Source of the DNA: an uncultured Pseudomonadota bacterium
Lineage (GTDB): Bacteria; Pseudomonadota; Alphaproteobacteria; JACZXZ01
NCBI GenBank assembly: GCA_963749075.1
Contig: CAVVLJ010000017.1
Span: forward strand, 960,001 to 1,024,000
Length of the DNA stretch: 64,000 nt
Reading direction: 5' to 3'
The translations under genes and the position numbers were made by a program. Below the pieces are notes generated by a model. The model was not told where the DNA came from, searched no databases, and saw only the letters and a list, made by a program, of their open reading frames with translations. This document shows positions 27,415 through 37,669 of the stretch, in pieces (the stretch's first letter is position 1; each line of letters opens with the position of its first letter).

Positions 27415-28212
27415 TCAGACGCAGCTCACCGAGAGGCCGCCGTCGACGACGAGCTCGCTGCCGGTAATGTACTTGGCCTCGTCCGAGGCGAGAAAGAGCG
27501 CCGCATAGGCCACGTCCCAGGCGTCGCCCATGCGGCCCGTGGGGCATTGCGCGTCGCGCTTCTCGACCATCTCCTCGACGCTGGGACCATAGGCACCGAC
27601 CAGCGAGGCGTGCACCATCGGCGTGTTCATGAGGCCGGGGAGGATGGAGTTGGCGCGGATGCCGGCGCGCGCATATTGCAGCGCCACCACGCGGGTGAAG
27701 TGGATGACGGCCGCCTTGGTGGCCGAATAGGAGACGTAGGGCACCCCCGTCCAGCGGATGCCCGAGATCGAGGCGATGTTGACGATGGCGCCCTTGCCTT
27801 GGCGCTCCATGTGCGGCAGCGCGTACTTGCAGGTGAGGAACATGCTCTTGAGGTTCACGTCGTTGACGCGGTCCCAGCTCTCCTCGCTGGTCTCCACGGG
27901 ACCGCCGACCTCGACGATGCCGACGTTGTTGTGCAGCACGTCGATGCGGCCGAAGGCGGCGATGCAGGCCTCGACCGTGGCCGCCACCTCCTTCGCCTTG
28001 CTCACGTCGCAGGCGACCGCCCGGCAAAGGCCGCCCTCGGCTGCGATGATGCGCTCGGTCTCGCGCGCCGCCTCGAGCCTGATGTCGGCTGCGAGCACCT
28101 TGGCGCCCTCGCGCGCGAAGAGCACCGCCGCCGCCTTGCCGTTGCCCCAGCCCGGGCCGACCGAGCCGGCACCCGTCACGAGGGCCACCTTGTCCTTGAG
28201 CCGTCCCGCCAT
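27415..28212 (-). CDS. Short-chain dehydrogenase/reductase
   Basis: TGAGSVGPGWGNG, NNVG, YSATK, PG, VDGG. Confidence 0.92.
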   Translation of the reverse strand: MAGRLKDKVALVTGAGSVGPGWGNGKAAAVLFAREGAKVLAADIRLEAARETERIIAAEGGLCRAVACDVSKAKEVAATVEACIAAFGRIDVLHNNVGIVEVGGPVETSEESWDRVNDVNLKSMFLTCKYALPHMERQGKGAIVNIASISGIRWTGVPYVSYSATKAAVIHFTRVVALQYARAGIRANSILPGLMNTPMVHASLVGAYGPSVEEMVEKRDAQCPTGRMGDAWDVAYAALFLASDEAKYITGSELVVDGGLSVSCV

Positions 28213-28278
28213 TCTCGGGTCCTCCCATGCGCTTTATCTGAAGGAAACCTTAGGACCCGGACACCGCGGTGTCACTCC

Positions 28279-28638
28279 TCACCAGCGCCCGCGGCGGCGG
28301 TTCCAGGCATAGAGTCGGTGGGCCAGGCGGTCATAGAGCCAGCTAAGGACCGGCCGCACGACGGGGAGCGCGACGAGGCAGGCGAGCCAGCGCCAGCCGG
28401 GGAGCTCGCGCCAGATGGCGGCGAAGGCCTCGGGACCGCGGCAGAGCCGGCCGGAGCCGTCGATCGCGTGAAGCCGCAGGCGCACGTCATCGACCCCGAC
28501 GCCGCGCGGGGTGAGCGCCTCGGGCGCCTCGTTGATGTCGATCCATTCGCATGGTGCTGCGGCGCGCTCGGCGCGGCGCCGCTGGTCGCGAACGCCCGCG
28601 GCGCAGACCGGACACTTGCCGTTGTAGTAGGTCGTCAC
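28279..28638 (-). CDS. DCC/DUF393-family thiol-disulfide oxidoreductase-like protein
   Basis: GTGA overlap with upstream gene; YYNGKCPVC...LHAID...AFAAIW. Confidence 0.8.
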   Translation of the reverse strand: MTTYYNGKCPVCAAGVRDQRRRAERAAAPCEWIDINEAPEALTPRGVGVDDVRLRLHAIDGSGRLCRGPEAFAAIWRELPGWRWLACLVALPVVRPVLSWLYDRLAHRLYAWNRRRGRW

Positions 28639-30188
28639 CCCATGGCGCGCGATCCGGCGGCTTCCGCCTTGAGCCGCTCGCGGAGCTCGGTCTTGAGGAT
28701 CTTGCCGTAGTTGTTCTTGGGCAGCGCCGCCACGAAGCGGTACTCCTTGGGCCGCTTGAAGCGCGCGATATTGTCGAGGCAGAGGCGGTCGAGCTCGGCC
28801 GCGGTGACCTCTGCGCCCTCCGCCGCGACGACGAAGGCGACCACCTCCTCGCCCCATTCGGGATGCGCGCGGCCGACCACCGACGCCTCGTGCACGCGCG
28901 GGTGGGAGAGCAGCACCTCCTCGACCTCGCGCGGATAGACGTTCGAGCCGCCGCTGATGATGAGGTCCTTGGAGCGGTCCTTGAGCGTGAGGAAACCCTC
29001 CTCGTCGAGCATGCCCACGTCGCCGGTATGGAGCCAGCCGCCCTTGAGCGCGGCAGCGCTCGCCTCCGGGTTCCGCCAATAGCCCTTCATGACGCAGTCC
29101 CCGCGCGCCAGGATCTCGCCCGTCTCGCCGGCAGCGAGCGGCCGGTCGTCCGCGTCGGCGATGCGCACCTCCATGCCCGTATAGGCGATGCCGGCCGACG
29201 CGAGATGCTGCTCGTAGTGCCTGTGCGCGGTCTCGGCGTGGTGCTTGCGCGACAGGCAGGTGATCGTCATCGGGCTCTCGCCCTGGCCGTAGATCTGCAC
29301 GAGCCGGTTGCCGAGGGTCGCGAGCGCCTCCTTGAGGTCCGAGACGTACATGGGTGCTCCGCCGTAGACGATGGTCTTGAGGTTGCGGAGATCGGCCTCC
29401 CTGAGGCCGCGATAATCGAGCAGGCGGCGCACCATGGTCGGGGCATGGAACATGGCGACGCCGCGGTGCGCCGGCACGAGGCGGCAGATCTCGCCCGCAT
29501 CGAAGCCGCCGCTCTCGGGCACCACGTTGCAGGCTGCCTTGGCCACGTGGGGGACGATGTAGAGCCCCGAGCCGTGCGACATCGGGGCGGCGTGGATGAT
29601 GGCGTCGCCGGGTGCGATTGCGTCCACGTCGGCAAAATAGCAGAGTGCCGCGCTCACCAGGTTGCGGTGGCTGAGCATGACGCCCTTGGGCCGGCCGGTG
29701 GTACCGCTCGTATAGAAGAGCCAGGCCACCTCCTCGCCGCCGCACTCGGCAGCCGGCAGGGGCTCGCTTCCGAGAAGCCGGTCGTACTCGGGCCCCGGCA
29801 CCTCGACGAGGCGGTCGAGGAGCGCCGGGGGCGCCGCCGCCGAGGCAATGGCGGCCGCCAGCTCCGCCGTCGCCAAGCAGGCGCCGGCACCGCTGTTCTC
29901 GAGGATATAGGCGATCTCGCGGGCATGGAGCTTGGCATTGACCGGCACGACCGCGAGGCCGGCATGCCAGGCGGCATACATCGCCTCGACATATTCGGGC
30001 ACGTTCCTCATCGCGATGGCGACGCGGTCGCCGGGGACGAGGCCGAGGTGCGCCTTGAGCCCGCCCGCAAGCCCGGCCACGCGCCGCTCAAGCGCGCGGT
30101 AGTCGAAGAGCACGCGCTCGCCCAAGGCCACGGCCGGAAGCTCCGGCGAGTGGCGCGCCGCGCTCGCCAGCATCTCAGCGAGGTTCAT
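28635..30188 (-). CDS. AMP-dependent acyl-CoA synthetase
   Basis: FYTSGTTGRPKG, YGQGE, WLHTGD, DRSKDLIISGG, PKNNYGK. Confidence 0.92.
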   Translation of the reverse strand: MNLAEMLASAARHSPELPAVALGERVLFDYRALERRVAGLAGGLKAHLGLVPGDRVAIAMRNVPEYVEAMYAAWHAGLAVVPVNAKLHAREIAYILENSGAGACLATAELAAAIASAAAPPALLDRLVEVPGPEYDRLLGSEPLPAAECGGEEVAWLFYTSGTTGRPKGVMLSHRNLVSAALCYFADVDAIAPGDAIIHAAPMSHGSGLYIVPHVAKAACNVVPESGGFDAGEICRLVPAHRGVAMFHAPTMVRRLLDYRGLREADLRNLKTIVYGGAPMYVSDLKEALATLGNRLVQIYGQGESPMTITCLSRKHHAETAHRHYEQHLASAGIAYTGMEVRIADADDRPLAAGETGEILARGDCVMKGYWRNPEASAAALKGGWLHTGDVGMLDEEGFLTLKDRSKDLIISGGSNVYPREVEEVLLSHPRVHEASVVGRAHPEWGEEVVAFVVAAEGAEVTAAELDRLCLDNIARFKRPKEYRFVAALPKNNYGKILKTELRERLKAEAAGSRAMG

Positions 30189-30356
30189 GGCCTTCTCCCG
30201 AGCAGCCGTGCCGCCCTCCTGCACTGCGACTGAAGCAAAGCCCGGCCGCCGCCGCAAGGGGGGTGCTGCGGCCCCCTCGCGCATCGCGTGGCCGCAGCAC
30301 CATATCTTAGCCAGAATCTCAGCGAGAATGGCCGGTCGTCAGGAGGGAGGAGTCCC

Positions 30357-31064
30357 ATGATGCGCGTGACACTGCTCGCGGCCTTGGCCGCCGCGGCCTC
30401 TTGGGCCTGCCCGGCGAGTGCCGAGTTTGCCAAGGGCAAGGACGCCTTCGACCACGGCAATTACAACCTTGCTTACACGGAGCTCATGGAGGACGCCCAG
30501 ACCGGCAACGCCGAGGCCGAGTTCATGATCGGCGAGATGGCGGCCGGCGGCCTCGGAACGCCGCGCAGCTACGCCCTCGCGGCGCAATGGTACCGCCTCG
30601 CCGCCGCCAAGGGCTATGAGCCGGCCAGCCTCGCGTTGGGCCTCCTCTACCTCCGCGGCGCCGGCAACGACGACGATCCCTCGCGCGTCGCCGCCGATCC
30701 CGCCGCCGCGGTGGCCTATCTCAAGGCGGCGGCCGATGCCGGCGACTCGAGCGCCCAGTCCCTCATGGGCCAGCTCTACATGACGGGCACAGGCGTCGAG
30801 CGGGACAGCTCGCTCGCGCGGCGCTACACGCTCAAGGCGGCGGAGCGCGGCGTGGTCGAGGCCGAATTCAATGCCGGCCTCCTCATCCTCCGCAATGCCG
30901 GCACGGCACCCGACCTGGCCAACGCCTACAAATGGTTCTCGCTCGCGGCGCGCCAGGGCTATCCGGGCGCCGACGAGAACCGCCGCTACGTCATGGCGCG
31001 GATGTCGCCCGGCGAGCTCCAGCGCGGCGAGGCGCTGGTCGCCGCCTTCCAGCCGGCGCCGTGA
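30357..31064 (+). CDS. Exported Sel1-repeat protein
   Basis: Signal peptide; repeats GNAEAEF..G, AAQWYRLAAAKG, AYKWFSLAARQG. Confidence 0.88.
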   Translation: MMRVTLLAALAAAASWACPASAEFAKGKDAFDHGNYNLAYTELMEDAQTGNAEAEFMIGEMAAGGLGTPRSYALAAQWYRLAAAKGYEPASLALGLLYLRGAGNDDDPSRVAADPAAAVAYLKAAADAGDSSAQSLMGQLYMTGTGVERDSSLARRYTLKAAERGVVEAEFNAGLLILRNAGTAPDLANAYKWFSLAARQGYPGADENRRYVMARMSPGELQRGEALVAAFQPAP

Positions 31065-31152
31065 CCGCGTCGCGGCCGCGCTATCGTGCTAGGCTCTCCT
31101 CGGCGCGCGAGGCAGGGGGCCTCGGCGCGGGGATGAATTCCGGGGGGGAACC

Positions 31153-31410
31153 ATGACCGACATCCGCAGCCTGGTCGCTCTGCTCGTGGTGGGCCTGATT
31201 GCCGGCTGGCTCGCCGGCAAGATCGTGCGCGGTCACGGTTTCGGCCTGATCGGCGACATCGTTGTCGGCATTGTCGGCGCCTTCATCGGGACATACATTT
31301 TCCACGCACTCGGCGTCTTCATCGGGATGGGCATCGTCGGCGCGATCATCGGTGCGACCGTCGGTGCCGTGGTGCTGCTCGCCATCATCGGGCTGATCAA
31401 AAGACTTTGA
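31153..31410 (+). CDS. GlsB/YeaQ/YmgE-family membrane protein
   Basis: GLIAGWLAGKI..G.G.GLIGDIVVGIVGAFIG. Confidence 0.9.
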   Translation: MTDIRSLVALLVVGLIAGWLAGKIVRGHGFGLIGDIVVGIVGAFIGTYIFHALGVFIGMGIVGAIIGATVGAVVLLAIIGLIKRL

Positions 31411-31462
31411 TCGATGCTGCGGGCGCGCCGCTGCCCGAAGCTCGCAGGCCCTCAAAGCCCCG

Positions 31463-32065
31463 ATGACCAGAAAGGCGCCTCAACCGGCGGCAGGATTGCG
31501 CTCAGCGCCCAGGTTGCGCAACCGGGCCGTCGCCTCGCTGTCGCTCGGCGCCGCCCTCGCGGGGCTAATCATGCCCGTCGTCCTATGGTCGATCTCGTTC
31601 GATGCAGCGTTCATGCTGGCCTTGCCGTTCCTGGCGCTTTGGGCGCTAGCAGCGCTGACGGTATTCGTCTTTGCCCTCATCACGGCACTCCGGCGGCGCT
31701 GGCGGCGCGCCCTGTCGCTCTCGGCCTTTCCCCTTGTCGCGATGGCGGCATTCCTCAACTTCGGGTACCTATGGCAACACGCGATCGACTTCGGCGAGAC
31801 AATCCATTTCTTCGCCTATCGGTCCACTTATCTTGCGGAGGCCGCCAAGCTGCCCGCCAGTCCGGCGCCACGCCTCGCGAGCTTCAATTCAGGGGAGTTC
31901 ATCGCCGCGGACTCCGTCGCCTATGACGAAAGCGACGAGATCGACCGGCCCGAGGGGCAAGAGAGCGAGGCCTGGAAGAAGCGGATCAAGGGGACGGAGC
32001 TCGAATGCGGCGCCTGGGGTGTGCCGATGGGCGGCCATTTCTACATCGTGCGCATGGGCTGCTAG
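31463..32065 (+). CDS. Hypothetical membrane protein (about 3 TM plus small soluble domain)
   Basis: Hydrophobic segments, then VAYDESDEI...GGHFY; start uncertain. Confidence 0.65.
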   Translation: MTRKAPQPAAGLRSAPRLRNRAVASLSLGAALAGLIMPVVLWSISFDAAFMLALPFLALWALAALTVFVFALITALRRRWRRALSLSAFPLVAMAAFLNFGYLWQHAIDFGETIHFFAYRSTYLAEAAKLPASPAPRLASFNSGEFIAADSVAYDESDEIDRPEGQESEAWKKRIKGTELECGAWGVPMGGHFYIVRMGC

Positions 32066-32135
32066 CGGCTCGATCGCGCGGGCTGGAACGAGCCGGCCGC
32101 ACGCAGGCCCTGAGCCATGTCGCGGTCGGCTGACA

Positions 32136-32561
32136 TCACCTCGCGCGGGTTCCCGCCAACAGCCGCGCGGGCTCTTCGGCGGCCAATCCCGCCGCCCTCA
32201 GAAGACGAAGGCCCTGACGGTCGAAGGTGGCAAGAACCTCCCCGCCCATGGCAGCACCTTGCCAGGCAATCGCGCCGTCGGCGAAATCGCCTCCAGCTCT
32301 CAGCACGCCGAGGCCGGCTTCGACCGCCAGCCGATCCGTGGCGACGGTCTCGACGCTCAGCAGCGCCTCGACGGCGTCCGCGACCTCGTCGGGCCTGCGT
32401 TTGTAGAGACGCGCCATCGTCCATACAAGCTCGCAAAATACGGGGACCGGCACCGCGATCAGACCGGCCTGCTCCAGGAGCGCCCGGGCTTGTGCGGACT
32501 GTTCCGGCTCGTCATCCAAGATGGCCCGCAGCAGAAGATTGGTGTCGGCGGTGATCCTCAC
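32136..32561 (-). CDS. vapC: VapC PIN-domain toxin
   Basis: ITADTNLLLR, CELVW, GGDFADG, ATFDR; GTGA overlap with the antitoxin. Confidence 0.88.
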   Translation of the reverse strand: MRITADTNLLLRAILDDEPEQSAQARALLEQAGLIAVPVPVFCELVWTMARLYKRRPDEVADAVEALLSVETVATDRLAVEAGLGVLRAGGDFADGAIAWQGAAMGGEVLATFDRQGLRLLRAAGLAAEEPARLLAGTRAR

Positions 32562-32809
32562 CGCTCGCCCGCCCAGCCTGCGGCGGCCGCCTTCTTGATC
32601 TGGTCGATCGTCTTGGCCCGATCGCCGGGGCGCTTCATGATGCCGAAGATCGTCGATACCCTGCGTCCCGGTTTGGCCCGCGCCTGCATGCGGCCGGCCG
32701 GCAGCAAATCCACCTCGAGCCTGTCGCCCGGCCGCACGCCGAGGTGCTCCATGACCTCCTTGCGGAGGGTCACCTGACCTTTGGCAGTCACGGTTAGAGT
32801 GATGCCCAC
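32558..32809 (-). CDS. AbrB/MazE/SpoVT-family antitoxin
   Basis: TVTAKGQVTLRKEVMEHLGVRPGDRL. Confidence 0.88.
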   Translation of the reverse strand: MGITLTVTAKGQVTLRKEVMEHLGVRPGDRLEVDLLPAGRMQARAKPGRRVSTIFGIMKRPGDRAKTIDQIKKAAAAGWAGER

Positions 32810-32843
32810 GACAGTCTCCCGCGGCCGAGAAATTCACCGGTCT

Positions 32844-32872
32844 AATGTAAGGCACTATTGCCTTGCCTGCAA
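32844..32872 (-). promoter_or_regulatory. Putative vapBC promoter with palindromic operator
   Basis: Minus-strand TTGCAG (32872-32867), 17 nt, TACATT (32849-32844); IR AAGGCA-ctat-TGCCTT in the spacer. Confidence 0.65.
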
Positions 32873-33039
32873 GCGGCGGCGAAATGACAACGGCCGCTGA
32901 AAGACCTCGTGCCTCGCTTTGGGATCGGGTCGCGCCGTGCAAAGGCGCTCCGCCGCGGGCGCTTCTCCCTTGCACGGCAGCACGCGGCGCGCTTTGATGG
33001 CGGCAAGGACAGAGCCAAGAACCGCGCCAGGGAGGCCCC

Positions 33040-34668
33040 ATGCAAGGCACGATGATGCGCTTCCCCTTGACCTTGACAGCACTCCTCGAGCATGCGGGCA
33101 AGATCCACGGCGAGGCGGAGATCGTCTCGCGGCTGCCGGACCGCTCGCTCCACCGCTACCGCTTCGCCGATCTCTATAGGCGCGCGCACCGCCTCGCCGA
33201 GGCGCTCGCCAAGGCGGGGCTCAAGAGCGGCGAGCGGGTGGCGACCCTGATGTGGAACCATTACGTCCACGTCGAGGCCTATTTCGGCGCACCTGCCGCA
33301 GGCGGCGTGTTCCACACCCTCAACCTCCGCCTCCACCCGGACGACATCGCCTATATCGCCAACCACGCGGGCGACCGCTTCCTCATCGTCGACGACGTGC
33401 TGCTGCCGCTCTACGAGCGCTTCCGCGACAAGGTGCGCTTCGAGCGCGTCTTCGTGGTGGCGCTCACGGGAAAGCCGGTGCCGCAAGGCTACGAGGACTA
33501 CGAGGCCTTCCTCGCCACGGCCACCGGCGATTACGAATTTCCCGCGATCGACGAGAACGACGCCTGCGGCATGTGCTACACTTCGGGCACCACCGGCAAG
33601 CCCAAGGGCGTCGCCTACAGCCACCGCTCGATGGTGCTGCACTCCTTCGCCATCTCGCTGCCGGACGTGCTCAATTTCTCGATGCGCGAGACCGTGGCGC
33701 CGGTGGTGCCCATGTTCCACGCCAATGCCTGGGGCTTTCCCTTCGCCGCGGTCCTATGCGGCACCAAGCTGGTGATGCCGGGTCCGCACCTCGATCCCGA
33801 GAGCCTCCTCGAGCTCTTCTCGCGCGAGCAGGTGACCTGCGCCGGCGGCGTGCCGACGATCTGGCTCGGCGTGCTCGATCTCCTGCGCCGCGAGCGCGCC
33901 AGATATCCCCTCGCCCCCGGCATGCGCCTCCTCGTCGGCGGCTCGGCCTGCCCCGAATCGCTGCTGCGCGCCTACGACGAGCTCGGCATCACCATCGTCC
34001 ACGCCTGGGGCATGACCGAGATGTCGCCGGTCGGCACCATGGGCGCCGTCAAGCCGCGCCTCGATCAGTCCGACGCGGACACCCGCTACGCCTACCGCGC
34101 CAAGCAGGGCATCGCACTGCCCTTCATCGAGGTGCGCGTCGTCGGCGACAAGGGCGAGGTGCCGTGGGACGGCGAGAGCGTGGGCGAGCTCCAGGTGCGC
34201 GGCCCCTGGGTCGCCGCCTCCTACTACAAGCCCGAGGAGAAGAGCGCCGCCTGGACCGCCGACGGCTGGTTCCGCACCGGCGACGTGGTCAACATCGACG
34301 CCGAGGGCTACATCAAGGTCACCGACCGCACCAAGGACCTCATCAAGTCGGGCGGCGAGTGGATCAGCTCGGTCGATCTGGAGAACGCGCTCATGGGCCA
34401 CCCGGCCGTGCTGGAAGCGGCGGTGATCGCCGTACCCGACCCCAAGTGGCAGGAGCGCCCGCTCGCCTGCGTCGTGCTCAAGAAGGGGGCGGCCGCCACG
34501 GCCGAGGAGCTCAAGAGCCATCTCGCCGCCCGCTTCGCGCCCTGGTGGCTGCCGGACGCCATCGAGTTCGTCGACGAGATCCCAAAGACGACGACCGGCA
34601 AGTTCCAGAAGACCCGCTTGCGCGAGCGCTTCAAGGACTACCGCATTGCGAGCAGCGCCTCCGCGTGA
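33040..34668 (+). CDS. Medium/long-chain fatty acid-CoA ligase (AlkK/DmdB-like)
   Basis: [47 protein letters not shown]. Confidence 0.92.
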   Translation: MQGTMMRFPLTLTALLEHAGKIHGEAEIVSRLPDRSLHRYRFADLYRRAHRLAEALAKAGLKSGERVATLMWNHYVHVEAYFGAPAAGGVFHTLNLRLHPDDIAYIANHAGDRFLIVDDVLLPLYERFRDKVRFERVFVVALTGKPVPQGYEDYEAFLATATGDYEFPAIDENDACGMCYTSGTTGKPKGVAYSHRSMVLHSFAISLPDVLNFSMRETVAPVVPMFHANAWGFPFAAVLCGTKLVMPGPHLDPESLLELFSREQVTCAGGVPTIWLGVLDLLRRERARYPLAPGMRLLVGGSACPESLLRAYDELGITIVHAWGMTEMSPVGTMGAVKPRLDQSDADTRYAYRAKQGIALPFIEVRVVGDKGEVPWDGESVGELQVRGPWVAASYYKPEEKSAAWTADGWFRTGDVVNIDAEGYIKVTDRTKDLIKSGGEWISSVDLENALMGHPAVLEAAVIAVPDPKWQERPLACVVLKKGAAATAEELKSHLAARFAPWWLPDAIEFVDEIPKTTTGKFQKTRLRERFKDYRIASSASA

Positions 34669-34739
34669 CGCCTCCCGTCGGTTGACGAAGCGCGCCGATT
34701 CACATATTCTGCCTGTGGCCATAGCCGAGGGGGGAGATC

Positions 34740-35177
34740 ATGAAGCCAGCCGTCATAGCGACGCTCGCGCTCTGCGCCACGGCCGGAAGCGCCGTGGCGG
34801 CCTCACTGGTGGCGAGCGAGCAGTTTCCGGCGGTGACGCTGGTGTCCACGCAGGACTCGCGCGTGACGCTCACCAACGTGCGCTCCAGCGGCCCGACTAC
34901 GGCGTGCGACCTCCAGGTGCGCTTCTTGCTCGTCAACGGCGCGCTGAGCGGTACGGCGTCAAGCGTCAGCCTGGCACCCAAGGCCTCCGCCACCGTCTCG
35001 CACACAGGCGTCACGGGATTGCTCCGCGCCGCCGTCAACACGGTCGACCCCTCCGATAAGGGCAGGCTCTGCGCCGTGCGCTCGGCGCTCGAGGTGTACG
35101 AAAAGTCGAGCGGCGCCACGCTCTACATTGTGCAAGGCCAGTCGTGCCTCGGCGCCGCCGACTGCGGAGCACCGTGA
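34740..35177 (+). CDS. Hypothetical exported beta-rich protein
   Basis: SD GAGGGGGAG; signal peptide; four Cys in the mature part. Confidence 0.7.
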   Translation: MKPAVIATLALCATAGSAVAASLVASEQFPAVTLVSTQDSRVTLTNVRSSGPTTACDLQVRFLLVNGALSGTASSVSLAPKASATVSHTGVTGLLRAAVNTVDPSDKGRLCAVRSALEVYEKSSGATLYIVQGQSCLGAADCGAP

Positions 35178-35193
35178 AGCGGGAAGTGCACCG

Positions 35194-35982
35194 CTACTCG
35201 CGGTAGCTCGGGTCCTCGGCATCGAGCATGCGCAGCAGCGCCGGCCAGGCAAGCGCCCCCGGCCCCTGCTCGCTCGGCGCGCGCTCCACTTGGCGCGTCA
35301 CGGTCTCCTGCACCTCGGGCGACGGGATGACCAGCTCGCGGCCGCCCGCCAGCGCCGCCACCTGCATCTCGCAGGCGCGCTCCAGGGCGAACATCCGCAC
35401 GAAGGCTTCGGCGACCGTGGGCCCGCACGCGAGCGTGCCGTGATTGCGCAGGATCATCAGGCATTTGCCGCCGAGATCGCGCACCAGGCGCTCGCGCTCG
35501 CCGAGATCGAGTGCGATCCCCTCGTAATCGTGGTAGGCGAGGAAGGCGCGCGCGATCATCGCCGTCTGGGTCAAGGGCAGGAGCCCCTCCTTCTGCGCCG
35601 AAACGGCGCTGCCGCAGCGCGAGTGCAGATGGATGACGCAGCCCACGTCCGGCCGCGCCATCTGCACGGCACTGTGGATGGTGAAGCCTGCCAAGTTGAT
35701 GCCGTAGTCCGTGGGCAGCACGACGTTGCCCGCGAAATCGACCTTCGCCAGCGAGGAGGCGGTGATCTCCCCGAACATCATGCCGTAGGGGTTGAGGAGG
35801 AAGGCGCCCTCGGGCCCCGGCACGCGCGCGGAGATGTGCGTGAAGACGAGGTCGTCCCAGCGGTAATGGGCGACGAGGCGGTAGCAGGCGGCGAGGTCGA
35901 CGCGGACGCGCCATTCCTCGGCCGAGACCTGCTCGCGCAACGATACGGGTGCTGCCTGCAAGTTTGCGGCGCGCGCGCTCAT
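35194..35982 (-). CDS. Class II aldolase/adducin-family protein
   Basis: RVDLAACYRL, THISARVP, NPYG, GFTIHSA, CVIHLH, LRNHG. Confidence 0.9.
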   Translation of the reverse strand: MSARAANLQAAPVSLREQVSAEEWRVRVDLAACYRLVAHYRWDDLVFTHISARVPGPEGAFLLNPYGMMFGEITASSLAKVDFAGNVVLPTDYGINLAGFTIHSAVQMARPDVGCVIHLHSRCGSAVSAQKEGLLPLTQTAMIARAFLAYHDYEGIALDLGERERLVRDLGGKCLMILRNHGTLACGPTVAEAFVRMFALERACEMQVAALAGGRELVIPSPEVQETVTRQVERAPSEQGPGALAWPALLRMLDAEDPSYRE

Positions 35983-36097
35983 GATGGCACTCCTCCTTTG
36001 CGTCCACTGCCGCAGCAGGGGTTGCGGCGCCCGCTTCCATACCACGAAAGCCGCCCTCGCGGCACTCCTGTAGCGCTCCCGGGCGTCGGCAGCCGCA

Positions 36098-36619
36098 TCA
36101 CTTGGCGGCTTCCGGCGGCACCACCTTCATCACGGCGACCGTCGCTTTCTCCGTCGGGCCGAAGGGCCCGGGCACCGCATTCTTGACCGGCGGCAGGCTC
36201 TGAAGGTAGGCGGCGATTGCCAGCGCGTCGGCGTCGGTCAGATTGGCGAACGACTTCCACGGCATGATGGGTGCGAGGACCCGGCCGTCGGGCCGCACGC
36301 CGGTGCGGAGCGCCGTCACGATCTCGCCCATGCTCCAGTTGCCGAGTCCGGTCTCCTTGTCCGGCGTCAGGTTCGGCCCGACGAAGACGCCGAGGCCGGG
36401 AATCTCGAAGCCCACGTCGGAGCCGCCGAGATAGGCGGCCATGTCGGGCTTGCCGAAGAAATAGCCGCGGGTATGGCAATCGAAGCAGCCGCCGAGCGAG
36501 ACGAGATATTTCCCGCGCGCGAGCTGCCCCTCCGCGGCATGAGCGGCGTGCGAGAGCGCGCCGAGGAGGAGCGTTCCCACCGTCATCGCCGTCGCAAAGC
36601 GAAGCCGAGCGCTCTTCAT
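36098..36619 (-). CDS. Periplasmic c-type cytochrome
   Basis: Signal peptide; RGKYLV, CFDCH, NLTPD.ETGLGNW, IMPW. Confidence 0.88.
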   Translation of the reverse strand: MKSARLRFATAMTVGTLLLGALSHAAHAAEGQLARGKYLVSLGGCFDCHTRGYFFGKPDMAAYLGGSDVGFEIPGLGVFVGPNLTPDKETGLGNWSMGEIVTALRTGVRPDGRVLAPIMPWKSFANLTDADALAIAAYLQSLPPVKNAVPGPFGPTEKATVAVMKVVPPEAAK

Positions 36620-36687
36620 GGTGCCCTCCCCCGAGGCCGCGTCCATCCGGCCGCCAAGCACAGGCTCGCCGCAGAACAGCACTCGCG

Positions 36688-37452
36688 TCAAGCGCCTTCG
36701 AAGGGAAAGCGGCGCAGCTCGCGGAAGGGCTGGCCCGGCCCGGGCTCGATGAAGAGGGAGACCGCATCGACGGGGACGGCCCGCCCGACGAGCCGCGCGA
36801 GATGGGGGGCGAGCGCCGCTGCGATGCGGCCGCGCTCCTCGTCCGGGAGGCGAGCCGTGAGCGTCATGTGGAAGCGGAACTCCTCCATGACGTAAGCGTA
36901 GCCCCAGCGCTCGAGGAGTGCCGCCTGGCGGCGGGAGAGCGGCCGCGGGCGGCCCGGCAGCGCGGCACCTCGGCCGGGCTTCGCACGGAAGCCGTCGAAG
37001 GCGCGGACGCAGTCCTCGGCGAGGCCGGCGAGGAGCGGCGGCGTTGCGCGCGGCACGAGCGCCAGGAAGCCGCCCAGGCTGCCGAGCTCGAGTGCTGGTA
37101 TCTCGAACGGCAGGCGCGCCGCCGAAAACGCCATGGCATGGGCCACGAGGTCGCCCAAGGAGGCATCCGGCGCCAGGCGGAAGGGCGCCTTGAGCGTCGC
37201 GTGCCAGCCGTAGCGCCGCGGCTCGGCGGTGAGCGCGGCAAGGCGGTCCGGCGGAATGCCGTCAAGGGAGGGCTGCGCCACCGCCTCTCCCGTGCGCGCG
37301 TCGCGCCCGAGCCAGCTGCAGCCGAAGCGGGCGAGGAGCGAGGAGCGGCGCGGCGCGAAATAGACGGCGAAACGCGCCGCGGCGAGCGTCCCGCTTGCGC
37401 CGCCGCTCTCGCGGCCCGCCGCTTCCGTGCGATCGGCAGTGCCTTTGGACAT
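36688..37452 (-). CDS. DUF1045-family (2H phosphoesterase-like) protein
   Basis: RFAVYFAP, PRRYGWHATLKAPF, WGYAYV.EEFRFHMTLT. Confidence 0.85.
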   Translation of the reverse strand: MSKGTADRTEAAGRESGGASGTLAAARFAVYFAPRRSSLLARFGCSWLGRDARTGEAVAQPSLDGIPPDRLAALTAEPRRYGWHATLKAPFRLAPDASLGDLVAHAMAFSAARLPFEIPALELGSLGGFLALVPRATPPLLAGLAEDCVRAFDGFRAKPGRGAALPGRPRPLSRRQAALLERWGYAYVMEEFRFHMTLTARLPDEERGRIAAALAPHLARLVGRAVPVDAVSLFIEPGPGQPFRELRRFPFEGA

Positions 37453-37594
37453 GGCGGCCTTTGCTCCCGGGACTCCGCTTGAGCGCCGAGCTTCTCCGAG
37501 CAGGTACGGCGAGCGCAACCCGATTCCGCCGCCGGCGAGCGGCCGACGAGGCCGATTGCGGCCTCGATTGGCGTTTTACCCGGCGCGCGAGGCC

Positions 37595-37612
37595 ATTTTA
37601 TTGTAAAATAAA
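37595..37612. promoter_or_regulatory. AT-rich palindrome between divergent genes, possible operator
   Basis: ATTTTA-TTG-TAAAAT in otherwise GC-rich DNA. Confidence 0.4.
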
Positions 37613-37669
37613 GCGCGTCCACGCACGGGGCGAAGGCCCGCCAGTAACAAGCAAGGAAAACGCGCCGCC

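Noticed and set aside
907-32809. Four TA loci as evidence of a defence or genomic island
   Set aside because: They are scattered singly between housekeeping genes, with no integrase, att/tRNA site or other defence genes.
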